Assembly: GCF_964204865.1 (NCBI RefSeq)
Contig: NC_135257.1
Location: 13,454,001-13,518,000, forward strand
Reading direction: 5' to 3'
DNA length: 64,000 nt
Source of the DNA: Styela clava
Lineage: Eukaryota
The notes below the pieces were generated by a model. The model was not told the DNA's origin and made no database searches. It worked only from the letters and a program-made list of their open reading frames with translations. Made by a program: the position numbers and the translations under genes. Every line of letters begins with the position of its first letter. Within the stretch, counting starts at the first letter, position 1. This document shows, piece after piece, positions 40,809-50,056 of this stretch.

Positions 40809-42201
40809 ATGGTTAAGGCAGTACCGTACCTAAGGTAATAAACAAGGATGCTAGGGGAATTTCAAATGTTATGTAGCTAAGCAATAGACTATTGTTAAAC
40901 AAAAATATTGTATTTCATATGATTTTAATAACAGACACTAAAAGAGGCCAAAGAAAAGCCAAACGTGTTCGAAAAAAGCCAAAAATGGCAAATTTGGCAT
41001 TAAAAAAGCCAATATGGCAACCCTGCCCTATAGTCCAGTAGTCACTTTGATAACAACAAGATGACATTACGCAGAGTGACTATAACACTTTATTGTCATT
41101 ACGGTATTATAGTCACTTTGCTTTTTTGCAAAGCCCATATTACCTGCTTTTACGCATATATATGGGTATGGGCTTTGCTTTTTCTTCGTCACCTACATCA
41201 TCTAGTGGTAGTTTACTACTTTGGACTTTTCACGGAGAGCGCTAGCGTTGTCGCCGCGCTTTTCATACTGTATCTGGCAGTAGTCTAATATAGTTCACAT
41301 GATATCTACAAAGCAAAATACCTAAAAAACGTGACCTTTCTAACCTGTAAGAAATCTAATATGAAGTCATTTCTCTGTGTGGTTTTAATGATTTATGACA
41401 TTATTATAATTATTTTTTAACATATTAACATATTCTTTTCAAATTTGGAAACCTTGGAGAGGAGATGAATAAAAAACTCCTATGCATCGATATATATATA
41501 TATATTTTTTTTTTTCTAACGGATCAGAGTTTTTCCAGTCTCGGATCAGTGTCTTGAAGACACGTCATATCCGAGTCATATCGGTATTACGCTTCATAAG
41601 CATGCCACTGCGTAAGCAGCGGTCATACACATAAGGCGGCTTCCGTATCCGCTATGTATTGCAAGGCAAAGACTTCGGCCCCGAGCATCAGTACATGCTA
41701 TGTGCCAAATAGCAGGACGTCTGCCCAGGGCTTCCGTCAATGCCATGCTTAGTACAGCTCAACTTCCGCCACCCCCGGCTTTTTTTATTTTTTTATAATT
41801 TACGGATCAGAGTTTTTCCAGTCTCGGATCGGTGTCTGAAAGACACGTCATATCCGAGTCATACCGGTATTTCGCCTCATAAGCATGCCACTGCGTAAGC
41901 AGCAGTCATACACTTAAGGAGGCTTCCGTATCGCTACGCATTACAAAGCAAAGATTTTAACCCCGAGCTTTGGTACATGCTATGTGCCAAATAGCATGAC
42001 GTCTGCTCGGGGTTTCCGTCAATACCATGCGTAGCATAGCTCAACTTCCGCCGCCCCGGCTTCTGTACATACTGTGTAACGACCTTTAAACACGCACCCA
42101 GCATGACATCCACCGCGAAGCTTTTGGTTCATCATTTCCGTATGGGCTGGGGATGGTATTTCATTTTATTATGCTCCCATTTATGGGAGTTGAAGAAAGC
42201 G

Positions 42202-45200
42202 CTATTGAAGATGTTGTTTCCAGTTTTCCTGGAGTTTGAGTTTATCTGTAGCGTCAAATTTAGCTAAAAGCGTGTCTATCTTCATTATAAATTCTTTGGA
42301 AATCAGTTTCCGTGTGTCGCAGATATCATCTGGAACTGCGTACCTGTTGGCGCGGTCGAGTCGGGACTTTAGTCGAATTGTAACGTCTTTTAAAACGGAG
42401 TAGAATTTAAGGACTATAACTTGATTTATTTGGTTGTAAGAGTTGTTCATGATACTTTCCCTGGTGATGGAGATTGTGTCACCAGTTATGCGGGCGAGTT
42501 TATTTTCAACGAAGCTGTGTAGTTCGTAATATATTGGACACGATAGAAAGATATGATGGGTATTATCCCTACCCCGCGCACACAATTTGCAATTGTGTTT
42601 TTGATTTTTGTTTGACCCCGAGCTTCCTAGTAGACCGTATCGCCATTTACGGTGTCCGTATAAGAAAGCGTCCTGGTTTATTCTGTACGACGTGATGCGT
42701 TCGTTATTTGAGAAGAAATGTTTTATATCGGCGTCAAGGAGATTTATTTGGGTCCAGTTTTTTGTATCATGATGTGATCTTTCATAAGTCTTTTCTTTTA
42801 AACTTCTGTAGATGGTTTTCAGATTCATTGTTTCCCATTCTTTTGGTTGGGGGTCCAAGACATAGCTTATGTTCATGATGTGACTCCAATGTGCGTCTAA
42901 TTTTGATGAGTGAGGAGTCGAGTTGGTATAGAGGCAATTTTTGATCAATTTTATTTTTGTGCCGAGGGTAAAAAGGGCTTCATGGTGCCAAAATTCTGAC
43001 GGATGGTCCATATTATATAAGTTGCTTATCTGTTCTAACAAGCACGCATGGGATCTTAGTTTGACATCGACCATGTCAATTCCACCTTTCCCGACTGGTT
43101 GTAAGAGCGTTTTTCGCGACAGGGGCTCTATTCGTTCTGGGTGCCATAGGTACCTGAAACATTGAGCCTGAATGATATTAAGGATCCGGATTGGTGCGGG
43201 CCGTACTTTGGCTCCCATCGTGATATGAGGAAGCACCAAAGTTTGTATGACAGTTTTCTTCCCTAGCCATGACAGTTCACGTGTTTTCGCTGATTGCAAG
43301 ACATTATTTATTTTGCTAACTTTCTTTTCCCAGAACATCTTTGATGCGCCTTTTCCGTAATTCAGTCCGAGTATTTTTATGTTTTCCCTATGGTATTTTT
43401 GGTGCTCAGTGGTTTCCAAATTTCGTCTGGCGGTACTGTTTAGGCATAGGATTTCGGTTTTATCGATGTTTATTTTCTGGCCCGTGGCGCGTCTAAATAA
43501 GTCTAGTTCGTGGAATATGATGTTTATGGAGTGGGGGGATCTGATCGTAAAACTGGTGACGTCAGCATATTGCTCCATTATTTGGATTTTCTTTCCCAGA
43601 ATAATACCCTTTATGTCCGTGTTGGACAAGATTGCCCTGGCCAGGGGCTCAACATTGAGGGTGTAGAGCAACATGCTCATCGGGCATCCTTGTCTGATCC
43701 CTCTTTTTATTTGGATTTTTGGGGTGAAGGCCCCGTTTACTTCTATTGTGCTGGATATGTTAGAGTAAATTTCTTTTATTATGTCTAGGTTTTTTTTACC
43801 AATACCTATGTTCTCTAACAGCGAAAGTATGAAACTGTGGTCGACGAGGTCAAAGGCCTTCATCTGGTCAATCGTGAGGATGTATCCTGGGATTGATTTC
43901 ATATGGGCATATCGAATGATACTATCTATGTTTCTGTGAGTATCTGTCATTTTACGGCCAGGGATCGTGCATTTTTGGGATGGGTTTATAATTTTACCAA
44001 ATTTCAATTTTAGTCGGTTTGCCAAGAGTTTCGTTAAAATCTTATAATCAACGTTTAGATTGGATATGGGTCTCCAGTTTTTTAGGCATGTTGGGTCCGC
44101 TTTTTTGTAAATGAGTATAACTCTGGCAATTTTCCAGCTATCTGGCATGGTTGCGAATAATATGGAGTTGTTTATGATCTGCGTGAATTTGTTTTTAATT
44201 TGGGGCCAAAATGTTATATAAAACTCTTTTTCGAGTCCGTCCAGACCAGGTGATTTGTTATTGTCCATACTCTTGATGGTGGTTAGTATTTCGGCCTCGG
44301 AGGCGGCCATTTCTAGATCCGTAATGTCGCTTTGGGATAGAGTGGGCTCCGACATTAAGTGTTTGTAGTGAGTTTGGATTCTTTTGTCTGTGGTTGAAGT
44401 ATCGCCCCATAGGTTTTTGTAGAAAGAAAGAATACTCGCCATGATTTGAGGTTGGTCACTGGATGTCGCTGTTTGGCCCGTTTTTATCTCTGTCAAGGAA
44501 GAATTCTTCTCTCTCTGGGCAATTTTATCGTAGAAGAATTTAGTTGGTTTCTCGTCTTCCTCAGCTTCCTTTTGATTCGCTACATACTTTGCGAAAGCTT
44601 TTCTTTCGTGAATGATATTGGATAAATGTAGTTTTTTGCTGTCGAGGTCTGAATTTTTTAGTACGTCTGTTCGCTGTTGGTGTTTAAGAATTTCTTTTTC
44701 TATGCTTTTTTGTTCTAACATTTGTTTATGCTTCTGGCCAATGCCAAAAGCTATTGCTTCTTTTTTGATCTGATTTTTAACGTGGTCCCACCAAATATGA
44801 AGGTGATCGTACATTTCCAATTCAGCCAGGAGGTAGTTATATTTATTTTTGATTAATTCACGGAAGACTGGGTTGTTATAATGCTTGGTGTTGTTTCTCC
44901 AGCTGCCCTTACCCCAATTCGGCTTAAGAGTGGCGCCGAGTTCAATTGAGGGGAAGAGAGTGTGATCAGAGACTATGTTCGTATGATACTCGCATGATTT
45001 CATGAAATTTTTAAGCTCCTCTGAGATGTATATCCTATCTATTCGCCTGGCTTGAAGTTTGCGGTGAATGGTATATAAGGTCTTGTTTGGGTTCTTTTCG
45101 CGGTAGGGGTCACTTAGATTCGTGCTCTGAATGAGTGTTTTAAGAAATTTTTCGCCTTTTTTTAGTCCGGATTTTGTTTTATGTAAGGCGTCTATATGGT

Positions 45201-45684
45201 CTGTGATGGCATTAAAGTCTCCTGCTAATATGAGGTTGGCGTGGTGGGGAAAATCTTGAAATAATATAGTTGTCAGCGATTCGAAGAAACTTGTTTGTGC
45301 AAGACTACCTTTATGTGGGGGTCCATACACATTTACAATTTTTAAGGTGTCGTTCTGAAATTTTAGTTCTAGTAGTGAGACTCTATACCTTATTAGGGCT
45401 TTGAATTGGATAACTGCTCCTACTAGGACGTTAGACACTAGAAAAGCAGTTCCTGCAGAGAAGAAGCGTTCGTCGGTTCTTGTGTGGTCAATGGAGTCTA
45501 GAAAAATTTTGTAGCCCAGTTTGGAGGACCATGCGTAAATTCCTGTTTTGTGGAATTTGTGTACTTCCTGAAGAAGGACAATAGCAGGTTTGTATTTTTT
45601 TATTGTAAATTCCAATTTTTGGAGGTGGGGCATGATACCGTCTACGTTTAAAGAAATTATCCTCATTTTGGTTTGACAAGTCAT
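42202..45684 (-). CDS. Tx1 ORF2: APE endonuclease + reverse transcriptase + C-terminal CCHC; RT motif reads YADV
   Basis: SLNV, LQEVH, NVYGP, AGDFN, RIDRIY, SDH; KSPGLDG, NWRPIS, KAFD, GIRQGCPMS, QYADVT; CKLC...HIFLSC. Confidence 0.95.
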   Translation of the reverse strand: MTCQTKMRIISLNVDGIMPHLQKLEFTIKKYKPAIVLLQEVHKFHKTGIYAWSSKLGYKIFLDSIDHTRTDERFFSAGTAFLVSNVLVGAVIQFKALIRYRVSLLELKFQNDTLKIVNVYGPPHKGSLAQTSFFESLTTILFQDFPHHANLILAGDFNAITDHIDALHKTKSGLKKGEKFLKTLIQSTNLSDPYREKNPNKTLYTIHRKLQARRIDRIYISEELKNFMKSCEYHTNIVSDHTLFPSIELGATLKPNWGKGSWRNNTKHYNNPVFRELIKNKYNYLLAELEMYDHLHIWWDHVKNQIKKEAIAFGIGQKHKQMLEQKSIEKEILKHQQRTDVLKNSDLDSKKLHLSNIIHERKAFAKYVANQKEAEEDEKPTKFFYDKIAQREKNSSLTEIKTGQTATSSDQPQIMASILSFYKNLWGDTSTTDKRIQTHYKHLMSEPTLSQSDITDLEMAASEAEILTTIKSMDNNKSPGLDGLEKEFYITFWPQIKNKFTQIINNSILFATMPDSWKIARVILIYKKADPTCLKNWRPISNLNVDYKILTKLLANRLKLKFGKIINPSQKCTIPGRKMTDTHRNIDSIIRYAHMKSIPGYILTIDQMKAFDLVDHSFILSLLENIGIGKKNLDIIKEIYSNISSTIEVNGAFTPKIQIKRGIRQGCPMSMLLYTLNVEPLARAILSNTDIKGIILGKKIQIMEQYADVTSFTIRSPHSINIIFHELDLFRRATGQKINIDKTEILCLNSTARRNLETTEHQKYHRENIKILGLNYGKGASKMFWEKKVSKINNVLQSAKTRELSWLGKKTVIQTLVLPHITMGAKVRPAPIRILNIIQAQCFRYLWHPERIEPLSRKTLLQPVGKGGIDMVDVKLRSHACLLEQISNLYNMDHPSEFWHHEALFTLGTKIKLIKNCLYTNSTPHSSKLDAHWSHIMNISYVLDPQPKEWETMNLKTIYRSLKEKTYERSHHDTKNWTQINLLDADIKHFFSNNERITSYRINQDAFLYGHRKWRYGLLGSSGSNKNQKHNCKLCARGRDNTHHIFLSCPIYYELHSFVENKLARITGDTISITRESIMNNSYNQINQVIVLKFYSVLKDVTIRLKSRLDRANRYAVPDDICDTRKLISKEFIMKIDTLLAKFDATDKLKLQENWKQHLQ

Positions 45685-45706
45685 CGAGGTGTGTAAGGTT
45701 TTTTTT

Positions 45707-47023
45707 TTAGTCTGATTTGAGAATTACTTCCCTTTTTTTGGCTGACGGTTGTTGTGTCAGAGAGGTAGAAGACGAGGCAGAGACAGAAGAATTTGTCTGG
45801 CTCCTGTCCCTCTTATTTTCATGGGTCGTTAGGTGGCGCGGCTGAGTTTTTTCGAGGTCCGTGGTGTTGTCTGACTGCTCCGTGCCCAAGCAGGCTGGAG
45901 CGGACGAGATCTGAGGTGTTTCCGGGAAGACCGGGTCGTACGAGGCCGCCTGGTGGTCATACTCAGGAAACCTTTTCGAGTAGTGACCTCCCACCTTAGG
46001 GGGTTGGAATGGCGTATTGCCTATAGTGGAGGTCATCTTTAGTTTCGGTCTACGTGGTGCAATCGGAGGTAGCGGGTTCAGGTGGAATGATTCCTCGCTG
46101 ATGTCGGGGCTGAGAGACCAATCTTTGGTCTCGTTGCTTTCAACGTCAATCTCCCCCGACTCACTGCTGCCCTGTGATGTGGTTTTTTCTTCTTCATCTC
46201 CTGTGTCTTTTTTGACTGGCGAAGTTTCCTTCGCCGATGTTCTATGAGAAGTTTCTTTCCCTGTTAGTTGGTGGATTTTGTTTTTCGCTGGTAGTTTATT
46301 CACTACAGTGTCTTTAAACCATGACCTAAGAGACTGTTGGGTGCCAATTACCTTATCTGGGCAGTTTGAGCTTATGTGTCCCTCCTTAGAGCAAGTTCGG
46401 CACCGTTTGGTATTTTTACAGCCGCGCGCCGTATGTCCCGTTTCGAGGCAGTTTATACATTTTGGCACGTAAAGTTCCGTCGGCAGAAATGTTTTGTAGC
46501 GCGCCCCGTCTATGTCAAGGAAAGGTGGAAATTTGACATGGTCGAAGTCGGTGAACCATGCCGCTACGTAGCCATTGAATAACGTCGTACCTCGGTGGTA
46601 GAGTTTGTTTACATTTTTTAGTTTACCACACTTAGCTTTAATTAGTACGCCAATCACTGATTGTCGAGTGACTTCATCAGGTAGACCCTTAATGCTAACA
46701 CGCGTCGGCGGTTTTGTCGGCGGCAGGAACTGAATGTTTACATTCCCTGTTCTTATCACGTTTGGGTTATCTCTTAAGAAATCATCTCTCTTAGACTTAT
46801 TTTTATCGTCCTTTCCTATCTGCCGAAAAGACAGAATCCAGATCCTCGGTCTCAACTCATACATTGCAGTGAGATCTTCAATGTATTTCCTAGTAGTTGG
46901 CGAACTTGTTAGGATGTCTAGAAAGGTAGGCATATCTAGATCACCACTTACCTCGGCAACCACTGAACGTGGACGCTTTCCTTGAACTTCAGCCTGGCCC
47001 GAGACTGCAGCGGAGTAATCCAT
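45707..47023 (-). CDS. Tx1 ORF1 nucleic-acid-binding protein with two CCHC zinc knuckles
   Basis: MDYSAAVS start, CINCLETGHTARGC and CRTCSKEGHISSNC, disordered C-terminus. Ends 22 nt upstream of ORF2. Confidence 0.92.
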   Translation of the reverse strand: MDYSAAVSGQAEVQGKRPRSVVAEVSGDLDMPTFLDILTSSPTTRKYIEDLTAMYELRPRIWILSFRQIGKDDKNKSKRDDFLRDNPNVIRTGNVNIQFLPPTKPPTRVSIKGLPDEVTRQSVIGVLIKAKCGKLKNVNKLYHRGTTLFNGYVAAWFTDFDHVKFPPFLDIDGARYKTFLPTELYVPKCINCLETGHTARGCKNTKRCRTCSKEGHISSNCPDKVIGTQQSLRSWFKDTVVNKLPAKNKIHQLTGKETSHRTSAKETSPVKKDTGDEEEKTTSQGSSESGEIDVESNETKDWSLSPDISEESFHLNPLPPIAPRRPKLKMTSTIGNTPFQPPKVGGHYSKRFPEYDHQAASYDPVFPETPQISSAPACLGTEQSDNTTDLEKTQPRHLTTHENKRDRSQTNSSVSASSSTSLTQQPSAKKREVILKSD

Positions 47024-47124
47024 ATTATAATCCAGAATGTGTAATCCTTTGTTGTTATTCCTTAATCAGACAGCGACTCAATATTGTACTTAATACAACA
47101 AAATACTCCACTGCCTAAACTTAA

Positions 47125-47179
47125 TCAGCCTTTACCTCTTCCAGACATGTCTTTCGTTTTTTGTGCGTACGTTTTTTGT
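47125..47179 (-). other. Histone H4/H2A mRNA-like 5' head on element A (31-nt leader + uORF MSGRGKG*)
   Basis: Minus strand: acaaaaaacgtacgcacaaaaaacgaaagac ATG TCT GGA AGA GGT AAA GGC TGA. Confidence 0.8.
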
Positions 47180-47427
47180 CCCCCGGCTTCCGTACATACT
47201 GTGAGGCGTGTAACACGTACACCGTGTTATGACATCCACCGAGAAGCTCCCGATTCATCATTCCGCAGAAAGTTATGGATGGTATCATCTGAATTAATCT
47301 CCCATTTATGGGAGGTGGAGGTATGGCGTCATTTATAAAATAGTCAAAGTGGATTCATCAATTTGTTCAATCATTTAGAATATGTTTCCAGTTTTTTCTG
47401 ATACCAAATATTTCCAGGTTTTCGAAT

Positions 47428-50023
47428 TTAGTCTCGAGTAGGGTGAGAAATTCTGTCAATTTTTTTTAGAGTTTGATCTAGAATATTCTTATCAGTATAC
47501 CTGTTTGAATACCTGTCTTCTCTGTCCAGTTGGATTTTTCTTTTTATTATATTAATCTTCATGATAGTGAAACCTTTAATGACCAGAAGTTTTTGTGGGC
47601 CGTCGTAGCTATTGTCCATGATTTCCTGTCTTGATATTGTAATATTTGTGTTACATAATCCGTTGATTGCTTCCGTGGTTTCTGCGATGTATATTGCTGT
47701 TTGGCGGCAGTGGAGGAAAAGATGCTTGGAACTATCTAGTGGCAATTTGCAGAACTTACAATTCATGATCTTAAGTTCGCCAGATGGTTTGAATCGAATG
47801 CCCATTCCTCTCATCTTATCTCCGAATATGTATCCTTCCTTATATATTCGGTAGGATACTATTCTTTCGCTGTTGGTGAAGCTGGATCGGAAGAACCTTT
47901 CGCGGAGATGGACTTTATTCCAATTTGGATCGTTTTGTTGTTCGATGTGGTTTATCTTTAATTTGTGGTATAGGTCTCTGTGGCGCGCGGTCTTCCACTC
48001 GTCTCGAGAAAGGCCAACTTCTTTGAAGATGTCCAAGATATTGGTCCAATGTTTTGGGGTGATTAAGCTATGGGGCCTAGAATTACTATAGAGGTTTTTG
48101 TTGATAACTTTAATTTTGTATCCTAATGAAAATAAAGCCTCCATTTGCCAGAATTGATTTTTGGTGCGGTCATGTACAATTTGTTTCATTTTTTCCACTT
48201 TGCAAGCTTTAATTTTTGCGGTTAGGTCAATCATGTTGATCCCCCCTTATTCCACGCTTTTTGTAAAGTTGATCTCCGTTTGGCTTCAATTCGTTCCGGG
48301 TACCATAGGAATTTATAGCAAGCGCTCTGAATCCTTTTGACGGTTTTCTGTGGGACGTTCTTTACTCGGGCATGGAATATAATTACAGACATTAATATTG
48401 AATTTATAATAATCTGTTTAGCATACCAAGTTAATTAACGTAGCTTGATATAATTTAGAGTTCGAATTAATTTGTTAGCAATATCATTCCACATTTTTTC
48501 TAGCCCTATTTCTCCGAATTGTATGCCAAGGATTGTGGTGTGTTTCTTTATGTATGTCCGATATGGTGAGTTGAAAATTAATTGGTGCGAGGCAGTGTTC
48601 CCTCTAAGGTGTGCGCGTGTGCGCGCGCACACAGCTTTCAGAGGCTGCGCACACGCATAGATTTACTGCGCACAGACGTATTTCGATGTAATGTAACAAT
48701 TTTCTCGGTTGGCAGGTTGAGAAAGTTTGTTGTTGGCCCACCCATTACCCGGTTAGAATGCCAAAATCTCTTCATTGGTTTTTGCACAAATATTAGCCAT
48801 TTCCAAAAAAGTGCGCACACATCAAAATTTCTGCGCACACATACTACAAGAAATTAGAGGGAACATTGGTGCGAGGTTTTTGTAAGGTACAGTATTTCTG
48901 TCTTCTCGATGTTTGTTTTTTGGCCAGTTGCTATTTCGAAATGGTTTGATTCTTTGAATATTTCGCTAACTGATTCATAGTCGCGAACTGCAAAGGTTAC
49001 ATCGTCGGCGTATTGGTCCAACTTATGTTCGAAATTTCCTAATTTTATCCCATGTATATCTCTATTGATCAATATAGATCTGGCGAAGGGCTCAGTATTT
49101 AAGGCGTACAAAAGCATGCTCATCGGGCATCCTTGCTTAATTCCCCTTCGAATTGTTATTTCATTCGATAGCTTCCCGTTCACATCCACTTTGCTGCTGA
49201 TTCCTGTATAGATATTTTTTAATAAAGTAAAAGCCCTATTTCCAATTCCAATTTGTTGCAAAATTTTAAACAGAAAACCATGGTTGACCCTGTCGAAAGC
49301 TTTTAGGTTATCGATTAAAATTATCGTCCCGGGGATATTTTTCATTTTACAGTGTCTTATGATTGCGTCCGTATTGTAGTGCACGTCTTCGATGCTCCTT
49401 AGGGGGAGTGAACATTTTTGAGTTTTGCCTATGATCTTATCCAGAATTGGCTCAAGGCGCATAACCAAAATTCTCGAAATAATTTTATAGTCTGTATTTA
49501 AGGTGGTTATTGGTCTCCAATTTTTGAGTAATTTTTCGTCGCCTTTCTTGTATATAAGTTTAACTTTCGCAGTTTTAGCAGAGTTTGGTAGATGGCCGAA
49601 ATAGAAAATATTGTTAATCAATTGAATAAAATGAGTTTTAATTAAATTCCAAAACGTGATATAAAACTCTTTACTAAGGCCATCGAGCCCTGGCGATTTA
49701 TTGTTTGGCATGTACTTGATGGCATTATATACTTCTTCTTCCGTAATAGGCCTTTCCAAAGTGGTGTTTTCGTCCTCTGCTATTGTTGTCTGGCTCATTA
49801 GCGATATATAGTAGTTTTGGCTTGATTGTTGCGTCTCGCTCTCCTTCCCCCATAGGTCCGTGTAGAAGTTCTCCACAGTTGTTACAATTTCTTCTTGACC
49901 AGATACCACCAATTGATTGTCGGTCATTAGTTGGTCAATTGTCGTCTTTTTTGCTCTTTTCCTAATTCTCTCGTAGATGGTCGATGTCGGCTTTTCGCCT
50001 TCTTCTAGATCTTTCATCTTCGC
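47428..50023 (-). pseudogene. Disrupted ORF2 (RT and C-terminal zinc finger) of Tx1 element B
   Basis: KSPGLDG, NWRPIT, GIKQGCPMS, QYADDVT, CKFC...HLFLHC. Broken by a MITE, a stop at 48435 and a frameshift near 48250. Endonuclease lost by truncation. Confidence 0.9.
48593..48868. mobile_element. hAT MITE inserted in element B ORF2
   Basis: TIRs cagtgttccctctaa / ttagagggaacattg. Perfect 8-bp TSD GTGCGAGG at 48585-92 and 48869-76. gcgcacac subterminal repeats. Confidence 0.92.
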
Positions 50024-50056
50024 CATCGATATAGCATAGCCTAGGTATGTAAATAC

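Larger units (their letters stand above)
34901..41025. mobile_element. Non-autonomous hAT-like element (~1 kb of its own sequence) interrupted by a foldback element
   Basis: TIRs CAGGGTTGCCA / TGGCAACCCTG. Perfect 8-bp TSD CCCTATAG at 34893-34900 and 41026-41033. aaaaagcca subterminal repeats at both ends. Confidence 0.9.
41782..47179 (-). mobile_element. Full-length Tx1/L1-clade retrotransposon (element A) nested in the 3'UTR of element B
   Basis: TSD CCCCCGGCTT at 41772-41781 and 47180-47189. A-rich tail, open ORF1 and ORF2. Confidence 0.92.
41495..50023 (-). mobile_element. 5'-truncated Tx1/L1-clade non-LTR retrotransposon (element B), split by nested insertions
   Basis: 10-bp TSD CATCGATATA at 41485-41494 and 50024-50033. 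Poly(A)/(TA)n tail at 41495-41515. 3'UTR is split into 41516-41781 and 47180-47427. RT ORF remnants upstream. Confidence 0.88.

Noticed and set aside
41061-41288. Hydrophobic 75-aa ORF between the TEs
   Set aside because: No recognisable motif or splice support; expected by chance in T-rich DNA.
41516-41781. Apparent SINE or 7SL-like RNA starting GCCGGGGGTGGCG, or a tandem 3'UTR duplication
   Set aside because: TSD analysis shows it is the displaced distal 3'UTR of element B. The 7SL resemblance does not extend past ~12 nt.
41831-41847. gtgtctttcagacac hairpin in the Tx1 3'UTR as a histone stem-loop
   Set aside because: It lacks the GG..CC base and the 4-nt UUUC loop geometry, and the element B copy has a different loop.
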